A stretch of 64,000 nucleotides of DNA, taken from NCBI GenBank assembly GCA_965226055.1, contig CBDDCA010000004.1, forward strand, positions 152,695 through 216,694, given 5' to 3'. Position 1 is the stretch's first letter. Every line of letters begins with the position of its first letter. Position numbers and translations under genes: made by a program. The notes under the pieces are model-generated. The model saw only the letters and a program-made list of their open reading frames with translations. It did not search any database and was not told where the DNA came from. This DNA is from Spirochaetia bacterium. Lineage in GTDB: Bacteria > Spirochaetota > Spirochaetia > WTKD01 > G963693115. Positions 1 through 10,520 of the stretch are shown in pieces.

Positions 1-59
1 GGGGGCAGACTGTAAATCTGTTGGCGTCGCCTTCGCAGGTTCGAATCCTGCACTCCCCA
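1..59 (+). tRNA. tRNA-Tyr (GTA), 5' part truncated by the window edge; CCA not encoded
   Basis: Anticodon arm CAGA-CTGTAAA-TCTG, long variable arm, T-arm GCAGG-TTCGAAT-CCTGC, 3' acceptor strand ACTCCCC plus discriminator A59. Confidence 0.95.
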
Positions 60-333
60 AAATGTATTGCAAATATATTGCGTAATGCTTGAATTATTGA
101 AAGAAATGTGTAGATCTAATAATAGAGAAGGAATAAGTATCGCAGTCGTGTTTTGTATTACGTTAATAGTAAGTTCTTAGTTTTTATCTGTTTTTCTTTT
201 AGTATTTATTGATTTTATATGATTGTAATGATAGCATTAAATATGTGTGGTAGTATATATGAGAGATATGTACTATAGTGTATAATGAAATTATACCAGA
301 GGTATAATAAAATATATTATTTTTGTTACAAGT

Positions 334-1296
334 ATGAAATTTTGTTGTAGAGGAGTTAGAGGATCTCGCACTGTTATCAATACAGTTGAAGACTATATGC
401 ATAATTTTGCACGATTCTTTCTGTCTCTTGATAAGCACGAGCTTCTTTCTCTTGGTGATGATTTAGAGTCAGTGAAGAAGCATTTCTATTCGGTGTCTTC
501 GCGTGAAAAAATGCATTCGATACTAGGATATGGTAATAATACTCCTTGTGTTGAATTACAGTGCGGTGATAAGGATACATCTTTTATTTTTGATCTTGGA
601 AGTGGTGCCAGTAATATTGTTCTTCCTGAGCACTTAAAGTCAGTCCATATATTTTTTTCGCATTTTCATTATGATCATATTATTGGTATTCCTTTTACAA
701 AATTTTTACAAAGAAAAGATATTGATATTCATTTTTATAGCCCTGTTGAAAATTTTGAAAAAATAGTTCGTGATTATCTACAACCGCCCTTTTTTCCTAT
801 TGATTTAGATATAATTACAGGGTACAATAAAAAAGTATATTTTCATTCATTACATGGTAAAAAGAGTATAAGCATAGCTGGAAAAGATATAACATGGATG
901 GAGCTTAATCATCCTGGTGTTTCTTATGCATATAAAGTGAAAGATGGAAGCAAATCATTTTGTTATTTTACTGATGTAAATATAATAGATGACTATTTTC
1001 TTGCATCGGAAGAAAAAAATGTATTTTTGGATACTATTGATAGTATGATTATTGATGCATCACTTAATTTTGCTGATTCATTGCAGAAAAGATCGTGGGG
1101 ACACACCAATATTTATGAAGGAGTAAATTTTGCAACGAAATGGGGAGTAAAAAAAATATATCTTTTTCATTATGATCCAGAAGATAGTGAGCTTGCAATT
1201 AATATAGGATATCAAACTGCTCTTTGGTATAAGAAAATGGTGTCTTCAAATACAAAAATTTTTCTTTCTCATGAAGGTCAGTGGGTTACCGTATAA
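334..1296 (+). CDS. MBL-fold metallo-hydrolase (RNase Z/beta-lactamase-like)
   Basis: GVRGS start motif, FDLGSG, SHFHYDHI (HxHxDH), LNHPG, WGHT, LFHYDP. Confidence 0.9.
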   Translation: MKFCCRGVRGSRTVINTVEDYMHNFARFFLSLDKHELLSLGDDLESVKKHFYSVSSREKMHSILGYGNNTPCVELQCGDKDTSFIFDLGSGASNIVLPEHLKSVHIFFSHFHYDHIIGIPFTKFLQRKDIDIHFYSPVENFEKIVRDYLQPPFFPIDLDIITGYNKKVYFHSLHGKKSISIAGKDITWMELNHPGVSYAYKVKDGSKSFCYFTDVNIIDDYFLASEEKNVFLDTIDSMIIDASLNFADSLQKRSWGHTNIYEGVNFATKWGVKKIYLFHYDPEDSELAINIGYQTALWYKKMVSSNTKIFLSHEGQWVTV

Positions 1297-1545
1297 TTGA
1301 AAGTAACAGATTCTTCTTTAGAGTCAAATATGCATACTCTCTTATGTGATGAAAAAGAATTAAAAGAAATGTATGTTGTTCTCTGTTCTTTTGAAAATTT
1401 ACCGAGTAGTTTATGGAATTTGCAAAAAAGAATAGGAAAGTTACTTACAAAGAAAATAACGGTACATGAATTACTTACAATGAAGAGTAGGATGAAGCAT
1501 CTATTCCTTGGGACATTGATTGAAAAAAATGAGAAGTTAGATTGA
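1297..1545 (+). CDS. small hypothetical protein
   Basis: 82-aa ORF with a TTG start directly after the upstream TAA, abutting dnaG. Confidence 0.55.
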   Translation: MKVTDSSLESNMHTLLCDEKELKEMYVVLCSFENLPSSLWNLQKRIGKLLTKKITVHELLTMKSRMKHLFLGTLIEKNEKLD

Positions 1546-3455
1546 TCATGAATTCATTATTAAACAAAGGCTTTATTTCTAAGCATATTATAGATGAGAT
1601 TGAAAGAAAAATTGACATAGTATCAGTCATTGGACGCTATGTTGCACTTCATAAACGAGGAGGGAAATATTGGGGATTAAGTCCTTTCAAAGTGGAAAAG
1701 ACTCCATCGTTTACTGTTGATCCTGTAAAGAAATTATATTACTGTTTTAGTACACAGCAAGGAGGGAATGTATTTACTTTCATTAAATCTGTTGAAAATG
1801 TCAATTTTGTAAATGCTGTACATATACTGGCAAAAGAAGCAGGAGTTGTTATTCCTGATGTACAGTATTCTTCTACAGGGAAAGACCAAGATGAAAATAG
1901 TATCTATGAGAGAGCGCTTAAGATACTATCGTATATAAGTGAGCAGAGTGTTGCTATGCTATCTCATGATCCACAGGCTTATACAGTGAGAGAATATCTT
2001 CATAGAAGAAATATACATCAGGATAGTATACAACGCTTTCGTTTGGGCTATGTTCCATCTAAAAGAGATTGGGCTTATCAGCTTTTGAAGCAAAAAGGAT
2101 TTAGTGATCATGAAATGGCATCTTCTGGGTTATTTAGTAAAAAATCTCCGCAATACTGTCTTTTTACACAGCGATTGGTGTTTCCTATTATGAAACTATA
2201 CGGACAAGTTGTTGGTTTTGGAGGACGTTTATTAGAAGGAGAGGGACCTAAGTATCTTAATTCTCCACAAAGTAGCTTTTTTGAGAAGAAACAAATGGTG
2301 TATGGCTTATATGAGGCTACACAAGGAAAATATAATTTTGAAAAACTTTATGTAGTTGAGGGATATTTTGATGTTATTGCTATGCATCAAGCTGGTATCA
2401 CTAATACAGTGGCTCCGTTAGGTACTGCATTTACTGTTGAGCATGCACGAATACTACGAAGGTTTACGGATACCATCGTACTGGTGTTTGATAATGATGA
2501 GGCAGGGAGACAAGCTGCATTGCGTGCAGCAACTATATGTGAGAGCATAGGGTTTCGTGCTATTCGTACAGTAGATCTTCCAAAAAAAGATGTGGCTGAT
2601 ATTCTACAAGAGTATGGAGAAGGAGGCGTAAGAGATGAAGTACTTGAAGATAGGGATTTTTTTGATTATTATATTGATAGGTTGCTTTTAGGACAGAACG
2701 AAAGTCAAGAGTATAGAGAAAAGGCTTTGTTAGAGATAAGTTCGTATATTTCTGGTGTGTCACTAGGGTATAGAAAGGAAATGTATCTTGCAAAGGTTAC
2801 ACAGTTATTTGGAGTAACAAAAGCTACATTACAGGGGATTATGAAATATATGCTAAAACAAAGGGGGGACGGAAACAGTACTCATTATGAAGAACAGCAT
2901 GATTCTACTGGCGTAACACAGCAGAAGCCGAGTAAAAAAGTCCCAAAAACAGCTGAGTTATTGTTTGTAGCAGCATTAAGTTATAATCTTACAAATTATG
3001 AGGTGATAAGACGAGAGATAGCAGCAGATGATTTACTTGATAGTAATGCAAAGCATGTGTATCTGAAAATAGAAGAATTATACAGAACAGATACTCTTAG
3101 TTTTACAGAGTTAATGGAACAAATTGATCAAGATGTGGCTACTGCTATTCGTACCTTAGTGTTTAGCGGAGAAGTTTCAAGGTATGCTAATGTGTTAGTG
3201 ACAGAGTTTATAGATAAGCATAAAATATTAAAATATCGACATAGAAGTAATGAAATAAATAGGTTGCTTGCAATAAAAGAGCAACAGCTTGTTCAACAAA
3301 ATGCCTTGGGTGATGGTAATGTTTTGTTAATGAGAAAGGAGATGAAGGAGCTTTTAGAAGAGAAAAAGTATATTAGTACTATGCTGTTGCACCTAAGTAA
3401 AAATAAAGGAAATGGCAGTAATAGTAATGGTGGAAAGACATATTCTTCGGTATAA
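1542..3455 (+). CDS. dnaG: DNA primase (likely start ATG 1548)
   Basis: N-terminal WGLSPF..EKTPSF..YYCFS region (spirochete-like, Zn-ligand-poor), PKYLNSP, TOPRIM VVEGYFDV and FDNDEAG; upstream of rpoD. Confidence 0.97.
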   Translation: MIMNSLLNKGFISKHIIDEIERKIDIVSVIGRYVALHKRGGKYWGLSPFKVEKTPSFTVDPVKKLYYCFSTQQGGNVFTFIKSVENVNFVNAVHILAKEAGVVIPDVQYSSTGKDQDENSIYERALKILSYISEQSVAMLSHDPQAYTVREYLHRRNIHQDSIQRFRLGYVPSKRDWAYQLLKQKGFSDHEMASSGLFSKKSPQYCLFTQRLVFPIMKLYGQVVGFGGRLLEGEGPKYLNSPQSSFFEKKQMVYGLYEATQGKYNFEKLYVVEGYFDVIAMHQAGITNTVAPLGTAFTVEHARILRRFTDTIVLVFDNDEAGRQAALRAATICESIGFRAIRTVDLPKKDVADILQEYGEGGVRDEVLEDRDFFDYYIDRLLLGQNESQEYREKALLEISSYISGVSLGYRKEMYLAKVTQLFGVTKATLQGIMKYMLKQRGDGNSTHYEEQHDSTGVTQQKPSKKVPKTAELLFVAALSYNLTNYEVIRREIAADDLLDSNAKHVYLKIEELYRTDTLSFTELMEQIDQDVATAIRTLVFSGEVSRYANVLVTEFIDKHKILKYRHRSNEINRLLAIKEQQLVQQNALGDGNVLLMRKEMKELLEEKKYISTMLLHLSKNKGNGSNSNGGKTYSSV

Positions 3456-3468
3456 TTTTTATTGTACT

Positions 3469-3517
3469 GATAGTTAAAAAAATAGCTAAAAAGATAGTTA
3501 AAAAAGACAGCAAAAAA
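3469..3517. repeat. four imperfect ~12-bp tandem units (GATAGTTAAAAA-like) in the dnaG-rpoD spacer
   Basis: gatagttaaaaa / aatagctaaaaa / gatagttaaaaaa / gacagcaaaaaa. Confidence 0.6.
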
Positions 3518-3579
3518 GGATGGATTTACTATAATATATAGGTATATATATGCACTATAAACATAAAAAAGGATAGCGT

Positions 3580-5718
3580 ATGGAAAAAAAAGAGAAAAAA
3601 AGTAATGTTATAAAGAAGAAGCAAAAAATGGATGAAAATAAGAAAACAAAAAGCAGTGTTACTGAAAAAAAGAACACTGCGGTGAGTACTAAAAAGAATG
3701 TTCCTAAAAAAGAGGTAAAAAAGAAGAATAGTACTACAGAAAAAAAAGGAGCAGATAAGGAAACAAAAGTTTCTCGTAGTAGCAAAAAAAATGCTACTAC
3801 TGTTAGTAAGGAAGCAAAAGTAAGTGTAAAGCTAAGTAATGCTGATGTACATAAAGATGTACAGAAAAAGGAAAGCGTGCCTAAGAGAAAGAAAAAGTCG
3901 TCTGGGTCTACTGCTGTGAAAAAGAAAGCTACAGTTGCAGTGTCGGCAGAGGGTATACTTGAGTACGATATGGATGAGGCGAGTTATAGCGTACAATTAC
4001 CAAAGGATATTCAAGATAGTGTTGATGAGTTGTTATTGGAAGCTAATGTAAAGATCCCAATATCCGTTGATAAGCTCATAGAAGGGGTGAGTAGTGATGA
4101 GATGATAAGTGCTAAAAATGTTAAGAATATTTTGAGCTATGTACAAAAAAGGGGTTTTACGGTAACAGACATTGATTTAGAAGGAAAGGATGGTTTAATA
4201 AGTGATGTAGATGAGAATGAAGACACCATTAATGATCCTGTTCGACTGTATTTGCGAGAAATAGGGAGAAAAAAATTATTAAGTGCAGAGGATGAAATAA
4301 ATCTTGCACGTGAAATGAGGGAAGGAGAGCAAAAAATTGCAAGCCTCATAAAAACATCAGGGTTATTTTTGTTAGAGCTAAACAATATAATGCTCAATAT
4401 GAAAAAGACAAAAGATAATGATGCCGAATCTGATACCTTACATAAATCTGAAAATGAAGATTTCGATTCTAATGTAGAAATTAAGCGTTTGTCTCAGTTG
4501 TATAGATCTATTATTAATCAGATTGAAAATCCTTTGACACAGTATTTACACTTAAAGAAAAAAGCGTTTATGAATGGGGAAAATTTTTTTGATGATCCTA
4601 CTATTCTTAAGCTGAGAGAAGGTATATTTAAGAAGATTAAAAAAGTTGAAATTGATGCATCAGAAATACAACGGATAACTGATGTGTTTTTCTCTATCTT
4701 AAAGACTATTGAGGGATATAAAAAAAGAAAGCAAACTATATGTAATTTATTTCAAGTAAGGGACCCTAAGGAAGTACGAAAGTTTGGGCGTAATTTAATT
4801 ACTGCTACGCAGAGAAAAGAAATATATCAAAAGTTAGGGATTTCTATTTCTGATATAAAAAAGTATATACAAGAATTTAAGGAAGCTGATAAACGATTGT
4901 CTCATGTAGAATACTATTATGATATGACATTACAGGAGATAAAGGATATACTGTCTAAAATTGCAAGATTACATCTTCATCTTCAAGAAGTAAAGGAAAA
5001 TCTTATTGAATCTAATTTACGATTAGTGGTGAGTATTGCAAAAAAATATACAAATAGAGGTCTTATGCTATTTGATCTTGTACAAGAAGGAAATCTTGGC
5101 TTAGTAAGAGCAGTGGAAAAATTTGAATACTTAAAAGGCTTTAAGTTTTCTACCTATGCAACATGGTGGATTCGACAGGCAATAACGAGAGCTATTTCTG
5201 ATCAAGCAAGAACTATTCGTGTTCCTGTGCATATGATTGAACAGATAAACAAAGTATCACGAGTAGAGAAAAAGCTCATGCAAGGATTAGGGAGGGAAGT
5301 GAGTGATGAAGAAATAGCAGAAAATTTAGGATGGGAAAAAAATAAAGTGAAGAATGTTCGTAATGTGTCGCGTGAGCCTATTTCTTTAGAGACTCCTGTT
5401 GGGGAAGAAGATGATTCGTTGTTGAGTGATTTTGTAGAAGATAAGAGTACTCATTCTCCAAATCAGCTTACATCGTTTTATTTATTGCAAGAACAGCTAC
5501 GGGAAGTGCTGTCAACATTGCCTCATCGTGAACAACAAGTCATTCGTTTACGTTTTGGGTTGGACGATGGATATCCTCTCACTTTGGAAGAGGTTGGGCT
5601 GCATTTTAATGTAACGCGTGAGCGTATTCGACAAATAGAATCAAAGGCATTGAAACGTCTTCAAAATTCACGATTTAGACTAAAATTACGTGACTATCTT
5701 GAAGAAGATGAGAAATAG
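3580..5718 (+). CDS. rpoD: RNA polymerase primary sigma factor with Lys-rich N-terminal extension
   Basis: [68 protein letters not shown]. Confidence 0.98.
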   Translation: MEKKEKKSNVIKKKQKMDENKKTKSSVTEKKNTAVSTKKNVPKKEVKKKNSTTEKKGADKETKVSRSSKKNATTVSKEAKVSVKLSNADVHKDVQKKESVPKRKKKSSGSTAVKKKATVAVSAEGILEYDMDEASYSVQLPKDIQDSVDELLLEANVKIPISVDKLIEGVSSDEMISAKNVKNILSYVQKRGFTVTDIDLEGKDGLISDVDENEDTINDPVRLYLREIGRKKLLSAEDEINLAREMREGEQKIASLIKTSGLFLLELNNIMLNMKKTKDNDAESDTLHKSENEDFDSNVEIKRLSQLYRSIINQIENPLTQYLHLKKKAFMNGENFFDDPTILKLREGIFKKIKKVEIDASEIQRITDVFFSILKTIEGYKKRKQTICNLFQVRDPKEVRKFGRNLITATQRKEIYQKLGISISDIKKYIQEFKEADKRLSHVEYYYDMTLQEIKDILSKIARLHLHLQEVKENLIESNLRLVVSIAKKYTNRGLMLFDLVQEGNLGLVRAVEKFEYLKGFKFSTYATWWIRQAITRAISDQARTIRVPVHMIEQINKVSRVEKKLMQGLGREVSDEEIAENLGWEKNKVKNVRNVSREPISLETPVGEEDDSLLSDFVEDKSTHSPNQLTSFYLLQEQLREVLSTLPHREQQVIRLRFGLDDGYPLTLEEVGLHFNVTRERIRQIESKALKRLQNSRFRLKLRDYLEEDEK

Positions 5719-5731
5719 TGTATAATAGATT

Positions 5732-6724
5732 ATGAGAGATATTATAGTGGAGGAAAGAGTGCTAAAAAATACATTAGAACAATTAAGAAAATTTCAGGAG
5801 ATTCTTAACCAAAAATTTGAAGTTGAAAAACAGCTTCAGGAACTCCCTAAGGAAATTGAAAGAAGAGATGAAATAGTCATTCGTATGAAAGAAAATTTCC
5901 TTGAGTTTAATGATAAGCGAAATGCTTTGAAGAAAGAAATTATTGTTAAGCGAGATGAGCTTGATAAAGTGGTAGAGAAAACATCTAAACTTGAAAAAGA
6001 AGTGGGAAACGTAAGTTCTCAGCGAGATTATGAACAAATTGATAGGGCTATTAAAGATAATAATGAGTCTGAGCAAACCTTACGTAGGGAAATACAAGTA
6101 GCTGAGAAGAAAATACATGATTTTCAAGAAGAATTTACGAATGCAGAAACATTGTTGCAAGAACAAGAGCATTCTCTTATGAATATTAAGGATAAAATTG
6201 AACAAGATATTATAAAGTATGAAGTGCAACTGAAAGAACTGGAAGCAAAGAAACAAGAAGTGACAATGTATATGGAAGATAATCTAGTATTTAAGTTTGA
6301 GCGTATTCTAAAGTCGAGAGAAGGTGATGGTATTGTTCCTATTCGGCAGAATGTATGTTATGGGTGTCATATGCTCCTTCCTCTCAAGATAGTAAATGAA
6401 GTATGTGAAGAACAGAGGGTAGTCACTTGTCCTTATTGTTCTAAAATTTTATTTTATGATGGAGATAGCGATAAAGAAGAAGTTGAGAACATAGAGATTG
6501 CAGGATTGAAAGATATTATTGATACTCAAGATATTTCTCTTGATGATTTTGATGAAGAAGATTATCATAGTTTTATGCAAAAAGATGATTTAGGATCTGA
6601 TGAGTATATTCCTGCTCAAAATTTAGAAGAGATGGAAGATGATATAGAGGATGATTTGGACGATGATGATATAGAGGATGAATTAGGTGACGATATAGAG
6701 GATGAAGATTTAGGTGATGAATAA
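5732..6724 (+). CDS. coiled-coil C4 zinc-ribbon protein (CT398/DUF164-like) with acidic tail
   Basis: Long coiled coil, CYGCHM...CPYCSKIL; conserved position after rpoD. Confidence 0.88.
   Translation: MRDIIVEERVLKNTLEQLRKFQEILNQKFEVEKQLQELPKEIERRDEIVIRMKENFLEFNDKRNALKKEIIVKRDELDKVVEKTSKLEKEVGNVSSQRDYEQIDRAIKDNNESEQTLRREIQVAEKKIHDFQEEFTNAETLLQEQEHSLMNIKDKIEQDIIKYEVQLKELEAKKQEVTMYMEDNLVFKFERILKSREGDGIVPIRQNVCYGCHMLLPLKIVNEVCEEQRVVTCPYCSKILFYDGDSDKEEVENIEIAGLKDIIDTQDISLDDFDEEDYHSFMQKDDLGSDEYIPAQNLEEMEDDIEDDLDDDDIEDELGDDIEDEDLGDE
6638..6721 (+). repeat. three copies of GATATAGAGGATGA encoding a DIED acidic tail
   Basis: Copies at 6641, 6668 and 6692. Confidence 0.7.
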
Positions 6725-6769
6725 TACTCTATATACATAGCTGGTATTTGTATGTATAATAAGATGAGA

Positions 6770-7103
6770 GCAATTATAGGTAGTAAGGGGTACTGCTACA
6801 ATTATTTGTAGAGGAAAGTCCGGACTCCATAGAGAAAGTCACTGGGTAATGCCCAGCGAGCGTGAGCTTAGAGAAAGTGCCACAGAAAATATACCGCCAA
6901 GAGGTAAGGGTGAAAAGGTAAGGTAAGAGCTTACCGATTTTATAGCAATATAAAATGCATGGTAAACCTTGACTGGAGCAAAACTAGAAAGTAAAGGATA
7001 TCTCGTCTTTATTTACAGGTAAGTTGCAAGAATACAGTACAATACTGTATCAAGATAAATGGTGCCCATTACAGAATCCGGCTTACGTACTGCCTATAGT
7101 TGT
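6770..7103 (+). ncRNA. rnpB: RNase P RNA (class A)
   Basis: GAGGAAAGTCCGGACTCC, GAAAGTGCCACAGAAA, GGTAAGGGTGAAAAGG, GGTAAACC, ACAGAATCCGGCTTAC; P1 arms GCAATTATAGGTAGTA / TACTGCCTATAGTTGT. Confidence 0.96.
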
Positions 7104-7181
7104 TTTTACTTTTTAAGATTTTCTTTATAGTGTATAATCAATAGTGAGTGTAGATATATACTGTATAATTAGGGAGGGAAT

Positions 7182-8096
7182 GTGAGGAAAACTCATTTAT
7201 TTCTTATTATTGTATTACTTATAAGCATTCTCTTTATTGGATATTTTGTATTTCGTGGGCTATTTATACAAAGCAGGGAAAGAGAGGTACATTTACATAC
7301 TATCAATAAGTATTGGAATGCACAGGATTATGAGGGACTCATAGAGTTTGTAGATACATATCAAACACAATTTTTAGATGATGATTATGTAATGCTTTTG
7401 AAAGGATTCTCTCTTTTTAATGTTATTTTTTTAGAAAGCATCCATGATTTAACTACTCTTAATTATGAAAAATTATGGGAAGCTATTCGGCATATACGCA
7501 GAGTAATTGCTTTACATAGCTCAAATGAGTGGATAGCTGAAGCATATTATGTGTTAGGAAAAGCATACTATTTTTTATCAAAAAATAATCTTAATAAATC
7601 TATAGCGTATTTTGAGATGGCACAAGCACAAGGGTTTTATTTAGAAGATATAAATGAATATTTGATAGCTGCTTATAGGGAATTAGGGGATGTTGAGATG
7701 CTTGAAACGATACTTATGCGTTCAATTAAAGAGAATCCAAAGTTTGAATATTTTGAAATATTACTGGATCTGTATTTAGAAACAAAGCAAGATAATAATA
7801 TTTCTGATACAATAAAAAAAGCAGAGCAATTTGTAGTTTCACAAGCTGATACTGAAGCATTAACGATTATAGAAGCAAGACGTTTAATGAATAACAATCA
7901 GTTTGATAAAGCAGAAGCATTATTGCTAAATATTTTAGAATCCAATGTACAGTCTGCACAAGCCTATTTTTTTCTAGGAAATGTATATGAAAGAATGGGG
8001 AAAATGGTAAAGGCACGCTTTAATTGGAGGCAAGCATATAAATTACGGCCTACATGGGAGGAAGTAATTATAAAACTAAAAGATAATAATAGCTAA
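7182..8096 (+). CDS. membrane-anchored TPR protein
   Basis: N-terminal TM; TPR motifs AYYVLGKAYY and AYFFLGNVY; SD GGAGG before GTG. Confidence 0.85.
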   Translation: MRKTHLFLIIVLLISILFIGYFVFRGLFIQSREREVHLHTINKYWNAQDYEGLIEFVDTYQTQFLDDDYVMLLKGFSLFNVIFLESIHDLTTLNYEKLWEAIRHIRRVIALHSSNEWIAEAYYVLGKAYYFLSKNNLNKSIAYFEMAQAQGFYLEDINEYLIAAYRELGDVEMLETILMRSIKENPKFEYFEILLDLYLETKQDNNISDTIKKAEQFVVSQADTEALTIIEARRLMNNNQFDKAEALLLNILESNVQSAQAYFFLGNVYERMGKMVKARFNWRQAYKLRPTWEEVIIKLKDNNS

Positions 8097-8118
8097 ATAA
8101 AAGCACAAAGAGGGAGCA

Positions 8119-9138
8119 ATGGGTTTTTTTTCTAATTTTATTCGTTCTGATATTGGGATTGATTTAGGTACTTGTAATACATTGGTTGCAGTATATAATA
8201 AAGGCATTGTAATTGATGAGCCTTCGGTGGTGGTAGTACATCTTGAGACTAACAAGATTATTGCGGTAGGAAAGGAAGCACAATCAATGTTACACAGAAC
8301 TCCTGGTTACTATGATGTCATACGTCCATTACGGGATGGTGTAATAGCAGATTTGGGGATGACAGAGAGGATGATTCGTCATTTCTTAGGAAAGGTATTA
8401 CAGCATAGGCGTTTCATCAGTCCTCGTATTGCTATTGGTGTTCCTTCTTGTATTACCGATGTAGAGAAACGAGCGGTAGTTGAATGTGCAGAAAGAGCAG
8501 GAGCACGTCAGATACGGGTAATACATGAATCTCTTGCTGCAGCAATAGGGGCAGATCTTCCTATTTATGAGCCTGAAGGGAACATGATTTGTGATATTGG
8601 GGGCGGAACTACTGAAATATCTGTGTTGTCTTTAGGGGGAATGGTAATATCCAATGCAATTCGGGTAGGAGGAGATGAATTTGATGAGGCTATTATACGT
8701 AAAATTCGCAATGAACATAACATAACAATAAAACAACCGACCGCAGAAAAAATAAAGAAAACTATAGGTACGCTTGATCCGCAGGATAATAGCGATGTGA
8801 TGGAAATTCGAGGAAGAGATGCTTTGACGGGTTTACCAAAGAAATTAGAAATTAACAGTCGTGAGATAAGCGAAGCTCTTATGGAACCATTTAATATTAT
8901 TATTGATGAAGTGAAAAAAACATTAGCACAAACTCCTGATGAGTTGGTATCAGATATTATTGAAAGAGGTATTGTGTTAGCAGGTGGTGGGGCTTTATTA
9001 AGGGGTATTGATGCCAAGCTCGCTGAAGGTATTGGGATACCAGTAATTATTACAAAAGACCCTCTTCGTTGTGTTGCTGAAGGTGCAGGAAAATATTTTG
9101 AGCATGAGAGAAAAATAAAAGCGCTGTTTAGACATTAA
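8119..9138 (+). CDS. mreB: rod shape-determining actin MreB
   Basis: IGIDLGT, DEPSVV, RPLRDGVIAD, CDIGGGTTE, LAGGGALL. Confidence 0.98.
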   Translation: MGFFSNFIRSDIGIDLGTCNTLVAVYNKGIVIDEPSVVVVHLETNKIIAVGKEAQSMLHRTPGYYDVIRPLRDGVIADLGMTERMIRHFLGKVLQHRRFISPRIAIGVPSCITDVEKRAVVECAERAGARQIRVIHESLAAAIGADLPIYEPEGNMICDIGGGTTEISVLSLGGMVISNAIRVGGDEFDEAIIRKIRNEHNITIKQPTAEKIKKTIGTLDPQDNSDVMEIRGRDALTGLPKKLEINSREISEALMEPFNIIIDEVKKTLAQTPDELVSDIIERGIVLAGGGALLRGIDAKLAEGIGIPVIITKDPLRCVAEGAGKYFEHERKIKALFRH

Positions 9139-9160
9139 TAATGTTGTTATTCTATTAGTA

Positions 9161-10003
9161 TTGTTGTTGAATTATATGTTCCAAATTCTACAAAAGCGTG
9201 TATTTTACTTTATTATATTATTAGTAATTTCAATTCTTTTTATTGTCAATTATAAGATAAACTCTCGTCTTTTATATAATCTTAGTTCCTATGCTCTTAA
9301 TACATCGGTAGCGATAAAAGAAGGAATAGGGTATGTCGTGTTCAAGCTCAATAATTTTCGAGAATCTATAGCGAGCAATTTTGTGTTGCGTGAGCGTATT
9401 AAAACATTAGAAAAGGAAATTTTAGAGTATGAACAAAATTATCGTTCTACAGTATCGCTTGATTATCAAATATCACGTTTACAGCAGATGCTGGGGTTTT
9501 CTCTCAATACTGATTATGAGTTGCTTCCTGCATTTCTTTATTCTCAAGATACTACATTTCCTCACCGATATTTGATAAACAAAGGGCAACAGGATGGAGT
9601 CTATGATGATAATCCTGTGCTTGCTATGTATCAAAATAAATTGGTATTTTTAGGAAAAATAAAAGAGAGCTATGATGGTTCTTCTCTGTTTGTTTCAGTC
9701 AATGATATAGATTTTTTTGTTCCTGTTATTACTGATGTTACGAATCAAATAGGTATATTGTATGGGAATGGTATGAGGGATGACACTATGACATTAGAGC
9801 TAGATGCTATTTCTGGTATAGAACAATTGTTTGTTGATGAGGTGGTGTTAGTCAATGAGTTTTCAAAAAATTATCCTCCAGGTATTCCTATAGGACGAGT
9901 AGTAAATGTCAGTTATGGAAAAGAAGATCTTCTTATTAGAGCAACAGTGAAACCGTATGTGGATATAAAATCTATTGATATAGTGTTTATATATAAGCAA
10001 TAA
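9161..10003 (+). CDS. mreC: MreC (likely start ATG 9176)
   Basis: TM, coiled coil, INKGQQDGV, YPPGIPIGRV, VKPYVD; follows mreB. Confidence 0.93.
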   Translation: MLLNYMFQILQKRVFYFIILLVISILFIVNYKINSRLLYNLSSYALNTSVAIKEGIGYVVFKLNNFRESIASNFVLRERIKTLEKEILEYEQNYRSTVSLDYQISRLQQMLGFSLNTDYELLPAFLYSQDTTFPHRYLINKGQQDGVYDDNPVLAMYQNKLVFLGKIKESYDGSSLFVSVNDIDFFVPVITDVTNQIGILYGNGMRDDTMTLELDAISGIEQLFVDEVVLVNEFSKNYPPGIPIGRVVNVSYGKEDLLIRATVKPYVDIKSIDIVFIYKQ

Positions 10004-10013
10004 AGAGAGTAGT

Positions 10014-10520
10014 ATGTTTATTTTTGTGTTATTGTTTAAGCATATAGTGCCTGGCATACTATTGCTCTCTATTCAACAAGTTTTGTCGTTGCAAGTACAT
10101 TCAGCATTTTCTCTTCCTGATGTACTATACATATATATATTATTACTGCTTTACTTTAATGAAGAACAGAACCCGTGGATATTTATTGCTGCTTTTGTTC
10201 TCTCTCTTATTCAAGAGTATAATTCTGGTCAGATAATAGGTATTACTTCTTTATATTTTCTGTTGTTTTCTTATTTTTATTCTAGGATAAGTAACCTTTT
10301 TTCTTATAATACTTTTTTTATTGTTATTGCTGTATCGTCTTATATAGCATGGATCTGTTTTGAAATTCTTATGCATTTTATTTTAGGATTTCCGTTACCT
10401 GTATATTTTTTTTCCGTTACTATGTTGATTAAATTTGGTATAAACATTATCATTATTATGGTATTTTATTTCTTCTTGTCAGTTGTTCTTTCTAAAAAGG
10501 ATTCAAGATATGAAGAGTAA
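10014..10520 (+). CDS. mreD: MreD
   Basis: Highly hydrophobic, about 5 TM, LPDV motif; lies between mreC and mrdA. Confidence 0.85.
   Translation: MFIFVLLFKHIVPGILLLSIQQVLSLQVHSAFSLPDVLYIYILLLLYFNEEQNPWIFIAAFVLSLIQEYNSGQIIGITSLYFLLFSYFYSRISNLFSYNTFFIVIAVSSYIAWICFEILMHFILGFPLPVYFFSVTMLIKFGINIIIIMVFYFFLSVVLSKKDSRYEE

Noticed and set aside
60-333. Integration site or mobile element next to tRNA-Tyr
   Set aside because: No integrase and no duplicated tRNA 3' end were seen; the downstream genes are core
6732-6758. TATACATA...TATGTATA inverted repeat before rnpB
   Set aside because: Short and AT-only, with no U-tract; it overlaps the probable rnpB -10 box and cannot be distinguished from chance
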